Below are positions 25,295 to 38,570 of a stretch of DNA of 64,000 nucleotides, piece by piece. Every line of letters starts with the position of its first letter. Positions within the stretch are counted from its first letter, which is position 1. The DNA comes from Azolla caroliniana (lineage: Eukaryota > Plantae > Polypodiophyta). A program made the translations under genes and the position numbers. Below the pieces are notes generated by a model. It saw nothing but the letters and a program-made list of their open reading frames with translations. It was not told the DNA's origin and did not search any database. Location of the stretch: positions 20,956,001 through 21,020,000 of the forward strand of contig JBHGNT010000009.1 of the NCBI GenBank assembly GCA_043228905.1, written 5' to 3'.

Positions 25295-28200
25295 ATGGAT
25301 CTTTCTCAGAAATTAGATTATTGGACTGCAATGGCAGCCACAGCTTTTGCAAGTGCAACAATTGTGGCGATTTCTGCATTTTGGCTTCATAAGCGTGCTA
25401 TAGAACAAATTATAAATGAAGATAGAATGATGAAAGGATTAAACAGTGATCATAGTACTTGTTCTTCAAACATTGAAGAGAACAACATGAGGAGACCAAC
25501 TAGACCTAAACACCATAAAAGTCATTCTTCTAGCAAAGATAGAAGCTGGGGTTCCTTACAAGAACCTTTAGCACTACAATCTAATAAGGATTCTCAATGT
25601 ATTAAGATGCAGAGAGGCTCTAATAAAAGGCAAGAACAAGAAAGTAACACATGTCTTCGACCTATTCAGCTCGGCTCCCATTTAAACATGTTAAGCTCAG
25701 CTATACCTCCGGGTCTTCCAAGAGTTCAGATAGACAAAGAAGGTATACCTATTACAAATTGTTTCCGTTCCTTTTGAGCATCAACTCACTAAGAACATCC
25801 TTGTGGTGTTAGCCTTTTTCTTGAATTAATGCTTCCAAGCATGATGCACTGTAATCTTTAAGAAGATTTTGAACATTAATTGAACTGCGTCAATCAAACA
25901 TACTCTTTTGATTTTTTTTTATGTTGAGTTAATGCTCCCAAGCATGATAGAGTATCAATCTTTAAGAAAACACTCACATTTTAAACAAAAAGAGAAGGTA
26001 CCCCTACAATGTTTGAGCTTTGTACTTGCCAAGCTGTAATGCTTAAAGTCATTCATATTGAATCTTTAGAAGGCATTCATAGTACAAACATGCTTTCTTT
26101 GAACTTTAGACTTGGAAGAATTTCTATACGTCATGCATGCTGAATCTTTATGAAAACATTCAAAACACAAATATGCTTGCTTTCAACGTTTTATTTAACA
26201 AATTACTGTAAAACCTGCATATGAATCTTTCGTAAAACATTCAGATTTCAACTTAAAGAAACAAATTTGAATCTCCACAAAATCTGACAGTGTGAAAATC
26301 ATTTGTGATGGTAAAATATCCGATGGAACCTATCTATTTACTTCCTTCAAAACATGCATATTGAATCTTCGGAAAACCTTGAAAGTACATGTTTAGATAA
26401 CATTGATAATACATGGAAAATAGTTTTTTTAATAGATGAAAATTGGATGGAATCTATCAAATTATAGGTATTAACAATCATTTGAGTCCACCCAGAAGGA
26501 TTTCGTCCATGTCAAACACCATTCTTAGGTCAAATACACCTAAATCTCCAGTATGTGGGAGTGGATTTGATAGCATGGAAGGCTCAGATGCGGAAGACAT
26601 GATGAATGAAGAGGATGAACAACCATTTGACTACGATGAGCCGGAACAAGATCTTGTCTTGGCTGACGAACTATTAAGAAAGGTATGTTGATATGGGAAG
26701 ATTTTGAGAAATTTTTGAATGTTCCGTAGAGATATGAGAAATTTTTGAAGATTTTGACACATTGCATGTTCAGAGAGAATTTGAGGTTTTTGTATATTCA
26801 CACATTCACTCTGCTTAAATATTGTCCATGCATGAATGTTGGCAGGGAGATGCCGTAAAATCGTCAATAAACACTAATGATGAAGCAATGAATAGCGTCA
26901 GTGAAAGGAAAGGAAATAGTGTAATTACCAGATCCCACAGTATATCTGAAAATATTCATGGTGTTCATCCACCTGATCCAGTGGCTGCAGATATCCTTCG
27001 AAAAGAGCCTGAGCAAGAAACCTTTGTGCGGCTTCAATTTTCTCCAATTGGTATTTGTTTTCCTTCTATCTTGAGGGACTAGAGAATTATGTGTTTGGAC
27101 TGTCTTTCCTTGCCTTACTGGTATCCACTACAACAATCAAGGTGCAGGCTTGCTCAAGATTGTGACACTTAAAATCCCATCCGATGCCCACTGTGCCACC
27201 AGATTTCTTAATGAAGGGTTTGAAGACACACTATGATGAACACCTTATGTGATTGTGGTTAAGCTGTTATCAATGTGAATAAAATTGAAGTAATCTTGAT
27301 CCAAGAACTATACAGTCCCTATGTAGCATGTTAACATGATTAAAGAAGACGACTGACTTTGGTTAGGTCTTTCTTCCTAGGTTTAAACTTCTATCAGTAT
27401 GATCTTAAACTGATGGGACATTATTCTTCTGTTTTACGTTTGCCTAAGCTTCCCATTTGTGAACCTTACAGAACCAAGGAATGTTTTCTGTTTTCTAATA
27501 TGAATATACTATGGATGTTTTAGACAAGCGTGATCTTATTTTTCTTTTATCCATTTATCCTTCTGCACATTGATAAGAGGTGCAGCCTAATGAGAGACAA
27601 TTAACTATTTGCAGAGGCACCATCTATAGAAGAGCAGGATGTGTGTAGGTTGATGCAAGAATGTCTTGCACTGCGGGAGAAGTATGTTTACTGTGAAGGA
27701 TCCTCTCCATGGGATAAAGGGCACATAACAGATCCGACCTGTACAATGCCAAATCCAGATCCTTTCTACTACGAGCAAAAACCACCGTCAAAGGTGAGAT
27801 CGAATAATTTAGTGATTTCAATATTTTTAGCCTTTCTTCTAGTTTTTGTTGTAGATTCTTTTTTCTCCTTTCTTTATCTTCTTCATGGATTTCAACTGGG
27901 AAGTTTAGTCCCTTTTATCTTCTCCGAGGCTAGTCTGAGTTTTCATTTTCTTCTCCCTTTAGCTCTGTCATGAATTTGAACTGAGAAATTCTTGCAGCAT
28001 ATTTTTCGGATGATAGATGGAGTTATGCATGTCTATGCAGACGAAGATGGTAAGCATCCTTTAAGCGTATAAATTTAAAAAGTATGCCATACGAATGAAT
28101 AAAGATTATGGAAAATGACTGGGTATTTCCATAGCAGGAGAAGAACTATTTCCAGTACTATGTGCAACAGATTTTTTTACTGATCTGCATCGAATTCTGA

Positions 28201-31200
28201 AAATTATCTCATTAGGGAATGTTCGTACACTTTGCCATCATCGTCTTCGTTTACTTGAGCAGGTAGAAGGAAAAAGGTTCATGGTTATTTGGATTGAAAA
28301 ACAAAGAGCAAGTCTAATGCCTTGGAATTTCTAATAATGTGGGACAACAGAAATTCAGCCTGCACCTAATGCTGAATGCCGACAGAGAGTTTTTGGCTCA
28401 GAAAAGTGCTCCTCATCGTGATTTTTATAATGTTCGGAAGGTTGACACTCATGTACACCATTCTTCGTGCATGAATCAAAAACATCTTCTGCGTTTTATC
28501 AAATCCAAGCTGCGAAAGGATCCAGATGAGGCAAGTTTTTAGAGAAACATCCTTCCACGCTTAAAAAGATAATGCAATGATTAGCTTAATGTAGTAATAA
28601 TTGCTGAATGGAGCAGGTTTTCTGCATTTCTTTTGTGTTTAAAGAAATAGTCTTTCTATGCTGAAGAAGATAATGCAGTGATTTTCTTATTTTAGAAGTA
28701 ATTGTGGATTGAAACTGGTTTGATGCATTTCTCTTGTGGAATACTGTGGCTGCTGTCTGGATACCATTGAATTAAATAACAGAAAGCTTACAAAATTGTA
28801 ATTTATTAATTTGCAATTACTCAGGTTGTAATCTTCAGAGATGGCAAGTATCTCACACTCAGAGAAGTTTTTGAGAGTCTAGATCTAACTGGGTAAGCTT
28901 AAAGTCATTGAAAATCAAATAATACACAATTTCTCATCCATGTTAACATTTTTCTACAACGTTGTATTTTAGATATGACCTAAATGTAGACCTCTTAGAT
29001 GTTCATGCCGACAAAAACACTTTCCACCGCTTTGATAAGTTCAACTTGAAATATAATCCGTGTGGGCAAAGCAGGCTGAGAGAAATTTTCTTGAAGCAGG
29101 ATAATTTGATTCAAGGTATATTCGTTCATGATTATTTCAATGTTTCAAATCCTATATACCTACTTGGAATTCACGTAGCCATACTGTGTAGTTAATATTT
29201 GTGATTTGTCCTTTGAGAAGACTTGTATTCCACTGCAGGACGGTACCTTGCAGAAGTCACAAAACAAGTATTCCAAGATTTGGCCCAAAGCAAATATCAG
29301 GCATGCGTAATCACATTACATACAGAATTAAAAGAAATATCAGGCATGCGTAATTACATTAGAATTTGATTATATGTTATTTATGTCAGCTTTATAAAGT
29401 AAATGGTGACAAAAGAAACATGGTATGTTACCTGTGAAATTGTCTGGTTTAAAAGAGAGTATGGTTGTAGACTGGATTGAGCAAATGTGAAATGGGACAC
29501 TGAGAAGTTGTAAGGTTTTTAAAATGTTTTTTTTGCATATGGAATACTCAATAGTCTAGGAGGCATAGGAGGGTTGTGCTATTGAGTTCCATTTGGCTGA
29601 TTAGTGTAAATGCGAAATTTTATTTGTTCCTTGGTTGTTTGTATGATTCTGCCAATTTGTTTTTCATTATGGATGGTGCAGATGGCCGAATATAGAATTT
29701 CAATATATGGAAGGAAACAAAGTGAATGGGATCAACTAGCCAGTTGGTTTGTTAATAACGAATTATATGGCGAGAATGTAGTTTGGTTGATTCAGGCAAG
29801 TTTTGGACATGTTTTTGGCATTTTTGCACCTTACAATTTGTTGTTCCTGGTATATGATCATGTTAGTTTGTTAATAATGAATGCATATTCAGGCAAATAA
29901 TTAGAGAGATAGAGAGAGAAGGGAGGGGGGGGGGGGATTTGTTGCCCAACGTCACCAACTTATGTTTCATATGGGTTTTGGTGCAAGGATATCACGCCGC
30001 ACTTTCATGTGGTGATTAGGTGCAGTGTTGCATGTTATGCTAAATGGTGGAGTGATCAGGGCAATACATTTGATGTGGTGAGAACAAGGATGCTTGTTGA
30101 GGCCATTATTGTTTGCCATTGCTGCTCACCCGATTTTTGTTACAATGTATAACTTCCATAATGTGGCAAACTTGTTGGACTTCCCCATTATCGATAGCTT
30201 GAGCATTAGCAGATAATTCAATCGTGCTTTAGAAAGTTCTACCTGATAATATAGTTAGTTAAGCCATGGAAGAGTCGATTATATTTGGCTTGACATCAGT
30301 GTCACACATTAATACGTGTAAAGTAGTACTTATCAGATGCATTGAAAGAGATTTCTTTGATCTTGGATGACATGCAACGTTAATTTTCCTTAAGTGGAAT
30401 ATCACGACAATCTTGGATAATCTATATATTTAAAGTTGGGTACAATCTTGAATAAACTTGTATATTGAAAATCTTAGGCCTGGCTATTTGCTACTTGATT
30501 TAAAGCAGGACATGCAATAATAATTTAAATACATAATAGATGCTTAGGTTTTGCCATTAGGCCTGAGCATTTACTACTTGGCATACAAAAATAATGACTC
30601 CTATGATTGCTATTTTTTTGCCATACATACCATAGGCAATGAAAACCACTTACGAGTTAGGTTTCATGGGTCATATTTGAGCCCCAAAGCAATTAGGGTG
30701 AGCATACCTCAACTAAAATTGGAAGCTATATGGTTTCTGATTTAACCTCCTCTTAAAAGGTGTGTAGGAACTCAATGTTGGGCAAAAATAGTATGTTTTT
30801 TGGTAGCATGGACTAACCTATGCCCAATATTCACATGGAACCTTTCTCCACTTTGGTCTTCAAAGTTCTCATTTGAATATTTGCTACTACCATCAAGATC
30901 TGCCTTGGGGGTCGTTTCACTAGGGCTCACGCCTAGAGCTGCACCACGACCCCCACGCCCTCCTACTCATTGAGGCCTCACACTTATCCCAATGGCCGGG
31001 TATAGGTCGTGCGCTTAAGGGCCATCCATTTTCTAGTTGATTCGGCAGGTGAGTTACACACTCTTTAGCACATTTTGACTTCCATGACCACCGTCTATTA
31101 TCTTAATCAATCCACACCCTTTGTGGGATCTAGGTTAGCGCGCAGTTCGGCACCGTAACCTGGTTTTTGGTTCATCCCACAACCATTGGGATATACCATC

Positions 31201-32037
31201 AATCGAAAGTGAGAATTGAATCTTTTTGGTAGCATTGTATGAATATTGCGCAGTCTTTTAAATGCTTAGAATTCATTATGATTCAATACTTAGTGGTTTT
31301 CTGGCAATGAAGTTTGAGATTGGTAAGTGGCAACCGCCAAAGCACAGACAATATTCATGTAATGCTCTACCGACACAGGTCCTTGCATCTACATGGTTCT
31401 TACATTGGGATGAGCAAGAAAGTCTCTAATCTGATTTCAATTGTACGGCAAAGGTTGTCTTGGCAATTGTGTAGAATGCTATTTTAATCATGTCGCAGAT
31501 CATGTACTTCGGGTCAATGTGAACCAAGTTTCATATACCTATTGGATAATGATCGTGTGTTACTATCGTTGTCTACATTGCCTATTCCTGCTATCCCTAT
31601 TCCGGAAATGACGGTAGATGAATTGGGGAAGATTTGTTGTTTGATAACGTGTTTTACTATCATTGTGTACATTGCCTATTCTTGCTATCCCTATTCTGGG
31701 AATGACGGTAGATGAACTGGGGAAGATTTGTGGTTTGATAGCAAGAGAATGATCAGATTCTTTGCAATGCACACCAATGGCGCCTATCGAGATAGAACTT
31801 GGTTAGAGGTGAAGGTATTGGGCACTCATGATAGACGTCAAATCTTCAAGCCTATCGGAAGTTGATTGAAGATAGAACTTGGTTAGAGGTGAAGGTATTG
31901 GGCACTCATGATAGACGTCAAATCATCAATAAACTATGAGGAACTGGATTCTAAGGAAATCAAAACTCGAATGTGTTGGAAGGTAGGGCATTAGTTTACA
32001 GGGTAAAATATGCAGTCAAAGAGTCTCCTATATATAC

Positions 32038-32076
<39 letters not shown>

Positions 32077-33878
32077 CTATGTGCTTGCTTCAGGTCCCTC
32101 GGTTATATAATGTATACAAAGAGATGGGAATCACTCATTCATTTCAAAATATTCTGGACAATATTTTTATTCCTCTCTTTGAAGTTTCTGTTAATCCAGG
32201 ATCCCATCCTCAGCTGCATGTTTTTCTTGAGCAGGTATACTTGAGGGAATTCTGAATTTGGTTTAGTTCTGAAACCTTTTCACTGATTCAGAAAACTTAT
32301 ATATATCTTCAATTATTCTCTTCTTGAGATTGGATTTGATTTATCTTTAACCTGTGCACTCTAGATAGGTGATTATTATCTTTATGTAATGCACAGGTGG
32401 TAGGTTTCGATTTAGTTGATGATGAGAGCAAACCGGAGAGACGACCAACAAAGCACATGCCACCACCTCTCTCTTGGGATATTATTTTCAACCCTGCATT
32501 TTCTTATTATGCATACTATATCTATGCAAATCTGTACACCTTGAATAAGGTAAGGGTTCTTTTGTGCATAGAAACTTTTCAAATCAATACACTCGAAAGG
32601 CATATATTATCTAACTTCGGTATTGATCAAAAGCTTCGAGAGTCAAAAGGGATGCCAACAATCAAGTTTCGACCTCACTCTGGTGAAGTGAGTTTCACAA
32701 ATTGAGTATATTGCAAGGAGTTTTTAGTGGTAGTATTGAAATTTATTTTGTTTTATTTAGGCTGGTGACATTGATCACCTTGCAGCCACTTTTCTTCTAT
32801 CTCATAACATAGCACATGGGAACAACTTGCGGAAGTCGCCTGCACTCCAGTATTTATATTACTTAGCCCAAGTAAGTTATACACACACGCACAGGTCTGT
32901 CCCCATATTTTCTGAATGCTTAGGTTTATGTGGAATTGGCTTCGACAGATCGGCTTATGCATGTCACCATTGAGCAATAACTCTCTCTTTCTTGATTATC
33001 ATCGAAATCCTTTTCCGATGTTCTTTGCTCGTGGCCTCAATGTCTCTCTTTCAACTGATGACCCTCTCCAGATACATCTAACAAAAGAACCATTAGTCGA
33101 GGAGTATAGTATTGCGGCACAGGTATTTCTAGCCGAACTTCATTTGTGCATCTATGAAAAAACATCTCTTTACCAGCATGCATGTATGGCGAATATATCT
33201 AACAGAAGTGTAAAATTACATGTGTTGTTGGTTGAGGAGTATAGTATTGTTGCACAAGTATATTTAGTAGAATTACATGTGCTAGTATGAATACATACTC
33301 CTTAACCATGTCATATGCATGACAATTCTCTTTGCTCTCCGGTTAGTCATCTATGGATGTGGCATGAGAGTTAAGGTGGATGGTAACTAGACTTTTCACA
33401 TGTTTAAGTTGGTATATTCACCAACAAGTAAATCTTCTTGTCAGGTTTGGAAGCTGAGTGCATCCGACTTATGTGAAATTGCTCGTAATTCAGTGTATCA
33501 ATCAGGTTTCTCACATGCGTTGAAGGTACTATGATTTGAATCCAAATCTTTTTTTTAGCAATTCTCTTTAGTAAGGGAGCAATGGCTCAACAATGTTTTA
33601 TCCAATGATTATGTTATGGAAGCTACATTGGCTCGGAAGCAACTACTATAAAAAAGGTCCTGAAGGAAATGATATACATAAAACAAATGTTCCCAATATG
33701 CGCGTGGAATTTCGTCATGAGGTATGAACCTATTCATCGGGACATGTCAATCATAGGTAATAGATCTTATGGCCAAATCATGAAAGATCCCAACTCTTGG
33801 TGGTTTCAGGTCTTGAAAAATGAGTTACAATATGTATACCTTGGGTCAGCACCAGCTTCACATGAAATCTTTCCTTAG
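25295..33878 (+). CDS. AMPD: AMP deaminase (plant FAC1-type with an N-terminal membrane anchor), 18 coding exons
   Basis: Exons ~25295-25742, 26468-26682, 26846-27050, 27615-27793, 27998-28049, 28135/8-28262, 28351-28530, 28825-28892, 28973-29115, 29239-29300, 29682-29795, 32094-32234, 32397-32549, 32634-32687, 32761-32870, 32949-33122, 33445-33525, 33623-33721, 33810-33878 (count approximate). Motifs [59 protein letters not shown]. Confidence 0.97.
30810..31180 (-). pseudogene. Decayed cytosolic 26S (LSU) rRNA fragment inside an AMPD intron
   Basis: Antisense LSU rRNA words TTCACATGGAACCTTT, CAAAGTTCTCATTTGAATATTTGCTACTACC, GGCCGGGTATAGGTCG, CTAGTTGATTCGGCAGGTGAG, TAGGTTAGCGCGCAGTT. Confidence 0.9.
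31560..31925. repeat. Two adjacent local duplications (~97 bp and ~80 bp period) in an AMPD intron
   Basis: TACATTGCCTATTC.TGCTATCCCTATTC occurs twice; GATAGAACTTGGTTAGAGGTGAAGGTATTGGGCACTCATGATAGACGTCAAATC occurs twice. Confidence 0.85.
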
Positions 33879-34531
33879 AAAAGTTTCCACTAGGTGTGAT
33901 GAGAATAAGCGTGAGTGCAACTTTTAGCTTCAATCTTGTTTTGAATTTAACTTTTTTAGTATTTGTTTTTATTCCGTTACACATACATACGTTTTCATTA
34001 CCATCAATATGGAGTACCTGCTTGTAACTAACATCAACAACTCTCCAATGTGGGAATGTCACATCTCATATTTTGCCAACATAGAACATCAATTTAGAGT
34101 TTGGAGTTTGGAGTATGCTTTGGGGCAAAAAGCAATTCGTCTTGTAAGGATTTGAGGTTGTTTGGAAGAGAGCATTTACTAAGTTAACAAAAGGTGGTTA
34201 GAAGTTATGTTTGCAAGAAATCATTTACTAAGTTAAACAATAGGCACTTAGAAAAATGTGGGGCAAAAACTATTTATTTGGTCATGAAAGCATGCAAGCA
34301 AGTCTAGGGATTCAAGGTTTAGTAGTATATGCTTTGGGGACATGTCACCCCTAAAACATCCCAGGAAAAAACTTGTCCTAGGATGCAATCAAACAAATAT
34401 ATAAGGCACTCTTATTACAATGCATTTACAAGAATCTCCAAGTAAATGCAACCAAATGGATAGATTGCTTTTCTTGACTTGTCTAAACCTTAAAATTGAC
34501 AAAGATAAAGTGTGATTTGTTTTGGTGTAGG

Positions 34532-34767
34532 AATGCTTGGATGAATGATTTGCATGAGATTAGATTATTTATTTCACAAAATGGTTTAACCTTTGGGGTT
34601 TAGTTTTTTAGTTTTTTAGTTTTTTGGCTTAGGGTATACATCAGTTCAAGAATGCTTGGATGAATGATTTGCATGAGATTAGATTATTTATTTCATTTCA
34701 CAAAATGGTTTAACCTTTGGGGTTTAGTTTTTTAGTTTTTTGGCTCAGGGTATACATCAGTTCAAGA
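34532..34767. repeat. Tandem duplication of ~118 bp
   Basis: GAATGCTTGGATGAATGATTTGCATGAG...GGGTATACATCAGTTCAAG occurs twice. Confidence 0.9.
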
Positions 34768-35439
34768 TGGTAAATTTTTGCTTCACACAAGATTTGTACA
34801 ATTTAGGAAGGAACACTTTAAGAGCTTGGCTAAAATACATAATGGCTTCATGGAAATTTGGCATATAAGATTAATTTGGCTAATGCAATAAAAATGTCTT
34901 ACTTGAATGTTAGCATAGCAAGTCTAGTTTATCCATTTAGTGTATGTATGAATCCGTCCATGATATTACTATGCGTTGTATCCATTCAATGGTTGATAAT
35001 CAAGATAAAATTGAGAGTCCTATATAAATTGACTTCGGTGGAGCTTATGAACTATGCTTTGGTTGGAAACATGAAGTTTGGTAAATGCCATGTTTGCCTT
35101 AGGGTCTTGCTAGTGAGGAATATATGTTGAGAGAGAGAGATATTATCATTGTCATAGGTCATACATGACCAATGTAAGACCAAAAAAATGTAATGTTTCC
35201 ATGTATATTACATGGGAGTGAGTAGGAACTCTTGATATTAGAGATTTTTCATAATGAGAGTGCATTATGTGATTGCTAGAGAAATTTGTGCAATGATTGG
35301 GTTGGGTTTGAACATGTGATCATATGTAGAGCATTATATCAAGTGTGGTTCTATTGCTTTTCAAATTTATTTGGTGCAAAATATGCATAGTAAGACTAGT
35401 GTCATCACTTGTGCTCCAACATCGTGTCTCACTTGTGCA

Positions 35440-35660
35440 TAGTCGTCTAGGAATTGGTAACGAATGCAATAGTCCATAAGGGCGATTGCCATGTATCTTT
35501 GTTGGACAATAAGTATCACATGTGCAAACATAATCTTCCACAAAATTATAGATCTGAGGCCACCAAAATGACCGACTAACTAATTCTAATGTTTTATGAA
35601 ATATCGAAATGTCTTAACCATGTAAGTATCATGACAAAGCTCGAAAACTTTGAGATGGGA
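35440..35660 (-). mobile_element. Ty3/gypsy integrase zinc-binding (H2C2) domain remnant
   Basis: Reads LCHDT...HKTLELVSRSFWWPQIYNFVEDYVCTCDTYCPTK...PYGLLHSLPIP with a frameshift. Confidence 0.85.
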
Positions 35661-35663
35661 TCG

Positions 35664-36623
35664 CCCTAGGATATGATGAGTCGACATCGAGGTGCCAAAC
35701 GATTCCATCAATAAGAGATGTTGGGGGTCATCAACCTATTATCCCCAGTGTACCTTGATCTGTTGAGTGAGCGTCTTTTCCACACGGGACTCCTGGATCA
35801 CCATGACTGACTTGTTAGATATAATCAATGACCAGCCCCAACTTGTAAATCTATCCCGATATCTACTCTTAGAGTGCACATTTTGTGATAGCGCCCCAAA
35901 TGAGGAGCGGCTAGTGTGCAACTCGACCATATGGGGCAACTCTATGAAGGGTTGATAAGGTGTTAATCTAGGAAACCGTAGATGTGTAGGACACAATGGA
36001 TTTAGGAAAGACCAAAATAGGTAATATGATTGGTTAATCAAGTCAATTAGAAAATTTTGTGGGCAAGTTAAAATGTACTTAGTCTTGAAGTATGTGCCAT
36101 TGACTTCAAGATAAGTACTATATAGCACTAGCTTGTATCTAGAGAGTTGGGTCATATTAAATGACAAGTCTGTTGACAGAAAAGGAATATCTCCACTACT
36201 ATCAACTGACATACACATTTTATGTTACACTCAGACCAAACAAAGAATATAATCCACTCTCTTACACAGTGGTGTATTGATCATCAATCCCCACTAATTT
36301 TGTAGTGAGCTGGTCCAAATCCCATCTAAGCTCGAAGGTGTGAGCACATGGGTGAACTACCATTGTGAGCTACTCTCATATGTAATAGAAGTTTTGTTTT
36401 CATATATGTATCCATCTCTATGGTTGTAACTCTATGTACCTATCTAATCGATTCTCAATATTTCTAACATGACTTTCATCCCGGCTCAGCTAGTAAGTTA
36501 CGAGTCAGAATATTAGCTTGACGCTACCTTGCTCTGTTACTCTTTGGGAGGGAGGCTTATACTATTACGCTCACAAGTTGTTAGAATATTAGCTTGACCC
36601 TACCTCCGCACAACTTTGTTACT
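35664..36623 (-). pseudogene. NUMT: plant mitochondrial LSU rRNA (rrn26) domain V fragment, split by a solo LTR
   Basis: GATGAGTCGACATCGAGGTGCCAAACGA...TTCCACACGGGACTCC.GGATCAC matches the plant-mitochondrial rather than plastid variant as I recall it. Resumes after the LTR with GGCTTATAC.ATTACGCTCAC..AGAAT.TTAGCTTGA.CCTACC. Confidence 0.8.
35813..36469. mobile_element. Solo LTR (657 bp)
   Basis: Begins TGTTAGA and ends TCTAACA (7-bp inverted termini); flanked by a perfect 5-bp TSD TGACT (35808-35812, 36470-36474); precisely interrupts the rRNA homology. Confidence 0.85.
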
Positions 36624-38319
36624 AATATTAGAACTTTAGTAAGACCATGTATACTACACAGACAAAAGAGTTGAATGTTATGTCACCGTATATATACAAT
36701 AGCATGTTGTTTACCATGTGCCACAATTTTTGGTTATTATGTTTAATGTGCTTATGTGATTTGACAATAGTAGGACTCTTTTCTAAGCACTTGAACAAAC
36801 ACTTTGATTTATGATTGATGATTTAGACATATGGGACTAATCTAATTAGGAATGTTTACAAATTTTTGGTTGGTAAACATTATTACTCCCAAAAATTTAC
36901 TAGCCTTGCAAAATCATTGGATTTAATTTTATCACAAGTCATTAAAAAACAAAGTTTCCACTCTAGGTCACGAACATACGAAACTCATGGAATCTCTAGT
37001 AAAGCCTTTGACGTTTTGAAATGAAAAGAAGACGTAAACGGAAAAGGGAAACTTAGAATGATTGCGAAGCCAATAAAGATCTTAGGAAGGGATGAACGTG
37101 TGGACTAAGAAAAAAGCCATTTATTCATCTATGTGTATCATTTTCCGTGCTAGAATGCTAAATCCACATGAGTCAAAATTAGCCTCCTATTTCTTTATTT
37201 CTTTATTTTTTGTTAGACAAACCAACACCATCTCTTCTCGTGTGGATTTCCTTCTATCTCACTCCTTCCGATATCATCTCGAGACTACCTTACACAAACA
37301 ATGACGACAACATAGACAAAAAATATAAGATAAAAAACATTGCGTCACTAAATCTACTAAAACAAAGGACTCCTATAAACACCATATTGGTGCAATAGTT
37401 GTTCAAATTACTACCATGCAAAGATCAATATCGAGAAAAGCCCATCGATCTGACGAAAAAATAAAACCATGGAAGAACATCAAACATAGATGGCGAAAGA
37501 GCGAAAGAAAGAAAGATGAGTTTATATGAGCAAAATGGTTTATTGACGAAACACACATTCACATTCTTGGGGTTGAGCTTGCAACAAGTGAAACGAGAGA
37601 AACTAGAATGTGCCCTCGTTTGCAAAAAAAAGCACGGGGTTGATGTGATTCCAAGCAGCATAGCATCATATCAACAAAGGATAGCTTGATGTGTTTGTGT
37701 CTATGTTCCTACTATGCATTCACACTCTTGGGATCGGGGCTACTAACAAGCGTGCATGTGTGCGTGTGTGTGATCCCTATGCATTCACACTCTTAGGATC
37801 AAGCTACTGACAAGCGACACAAAAAAAGCACAAGTTGATGCAATTCCAAACCGGCATGGCAACAGGCTATCAACAGGACTGACAACCTGCGTGTGTTCTA
37901 TTCGGGCTAGGTACGAGCAAAACCTCAAGACTCAACACTCAGGCAGACAACGATTGGGCTTCTTCGTTTTTCCTTCTTTATTTGCCAATCTCTCTTGGTA
38001 AAGCACCCTACCGAGTTTGCTTCGGAGCACACACACAAATTGGCCTTCGGATCGGGCGCGCGCGCGCACACACACACACACACATTGGCCTCTGAGAGAG
38101 TTTCAAAAAGAAAATCCGATGGGTAATTTCCATGGATAACTAGTTTTTGTCTTCTTTTCTACTTTTTCATGTGGGCTTCTCTTCTGTTTCTTCTTGATAT
38201 TTTCTCTTCATGATAATAAATTATAATATACATTACATAACATACATACATACATACATACATAACATACATACATAACATAACATACATGGCTTAAAAG
38301 AAAAGAGACTTTGTCTGCA

Positions 38320-38529
38320 CAGAAAGAGAGAGAGAGAGAGAGAGAAGAGAGAGGAACAGAGTAGGAGAGAGAAACAGACAGAGAAACAGAGTAGGAGAGA
38401 GAGAGAGAGAGAGAGAAGAGAGAGGAACAGAGTAGGAGAGAGAAACAGACAGAGAAACAGAGTAGGAGAGAGAGAGAGAGAGAAGAGAGAGGAACAGAGT
38501 AGGAGAGAGAAACAGACAGAGAAACAGAG

Positions 38530-38570
<41 letters not shown>

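Noticed and set aside
30810-31180. Functional rRNA gene
   Set aside because: Short, with many substitutions and deletions, and intronic; it is a pseudogenic fragment
35739-36218. 159-aa minus-strand ORF
   Set aside because: Spans the solo LTR/NUMT junction and has no recognisable domain
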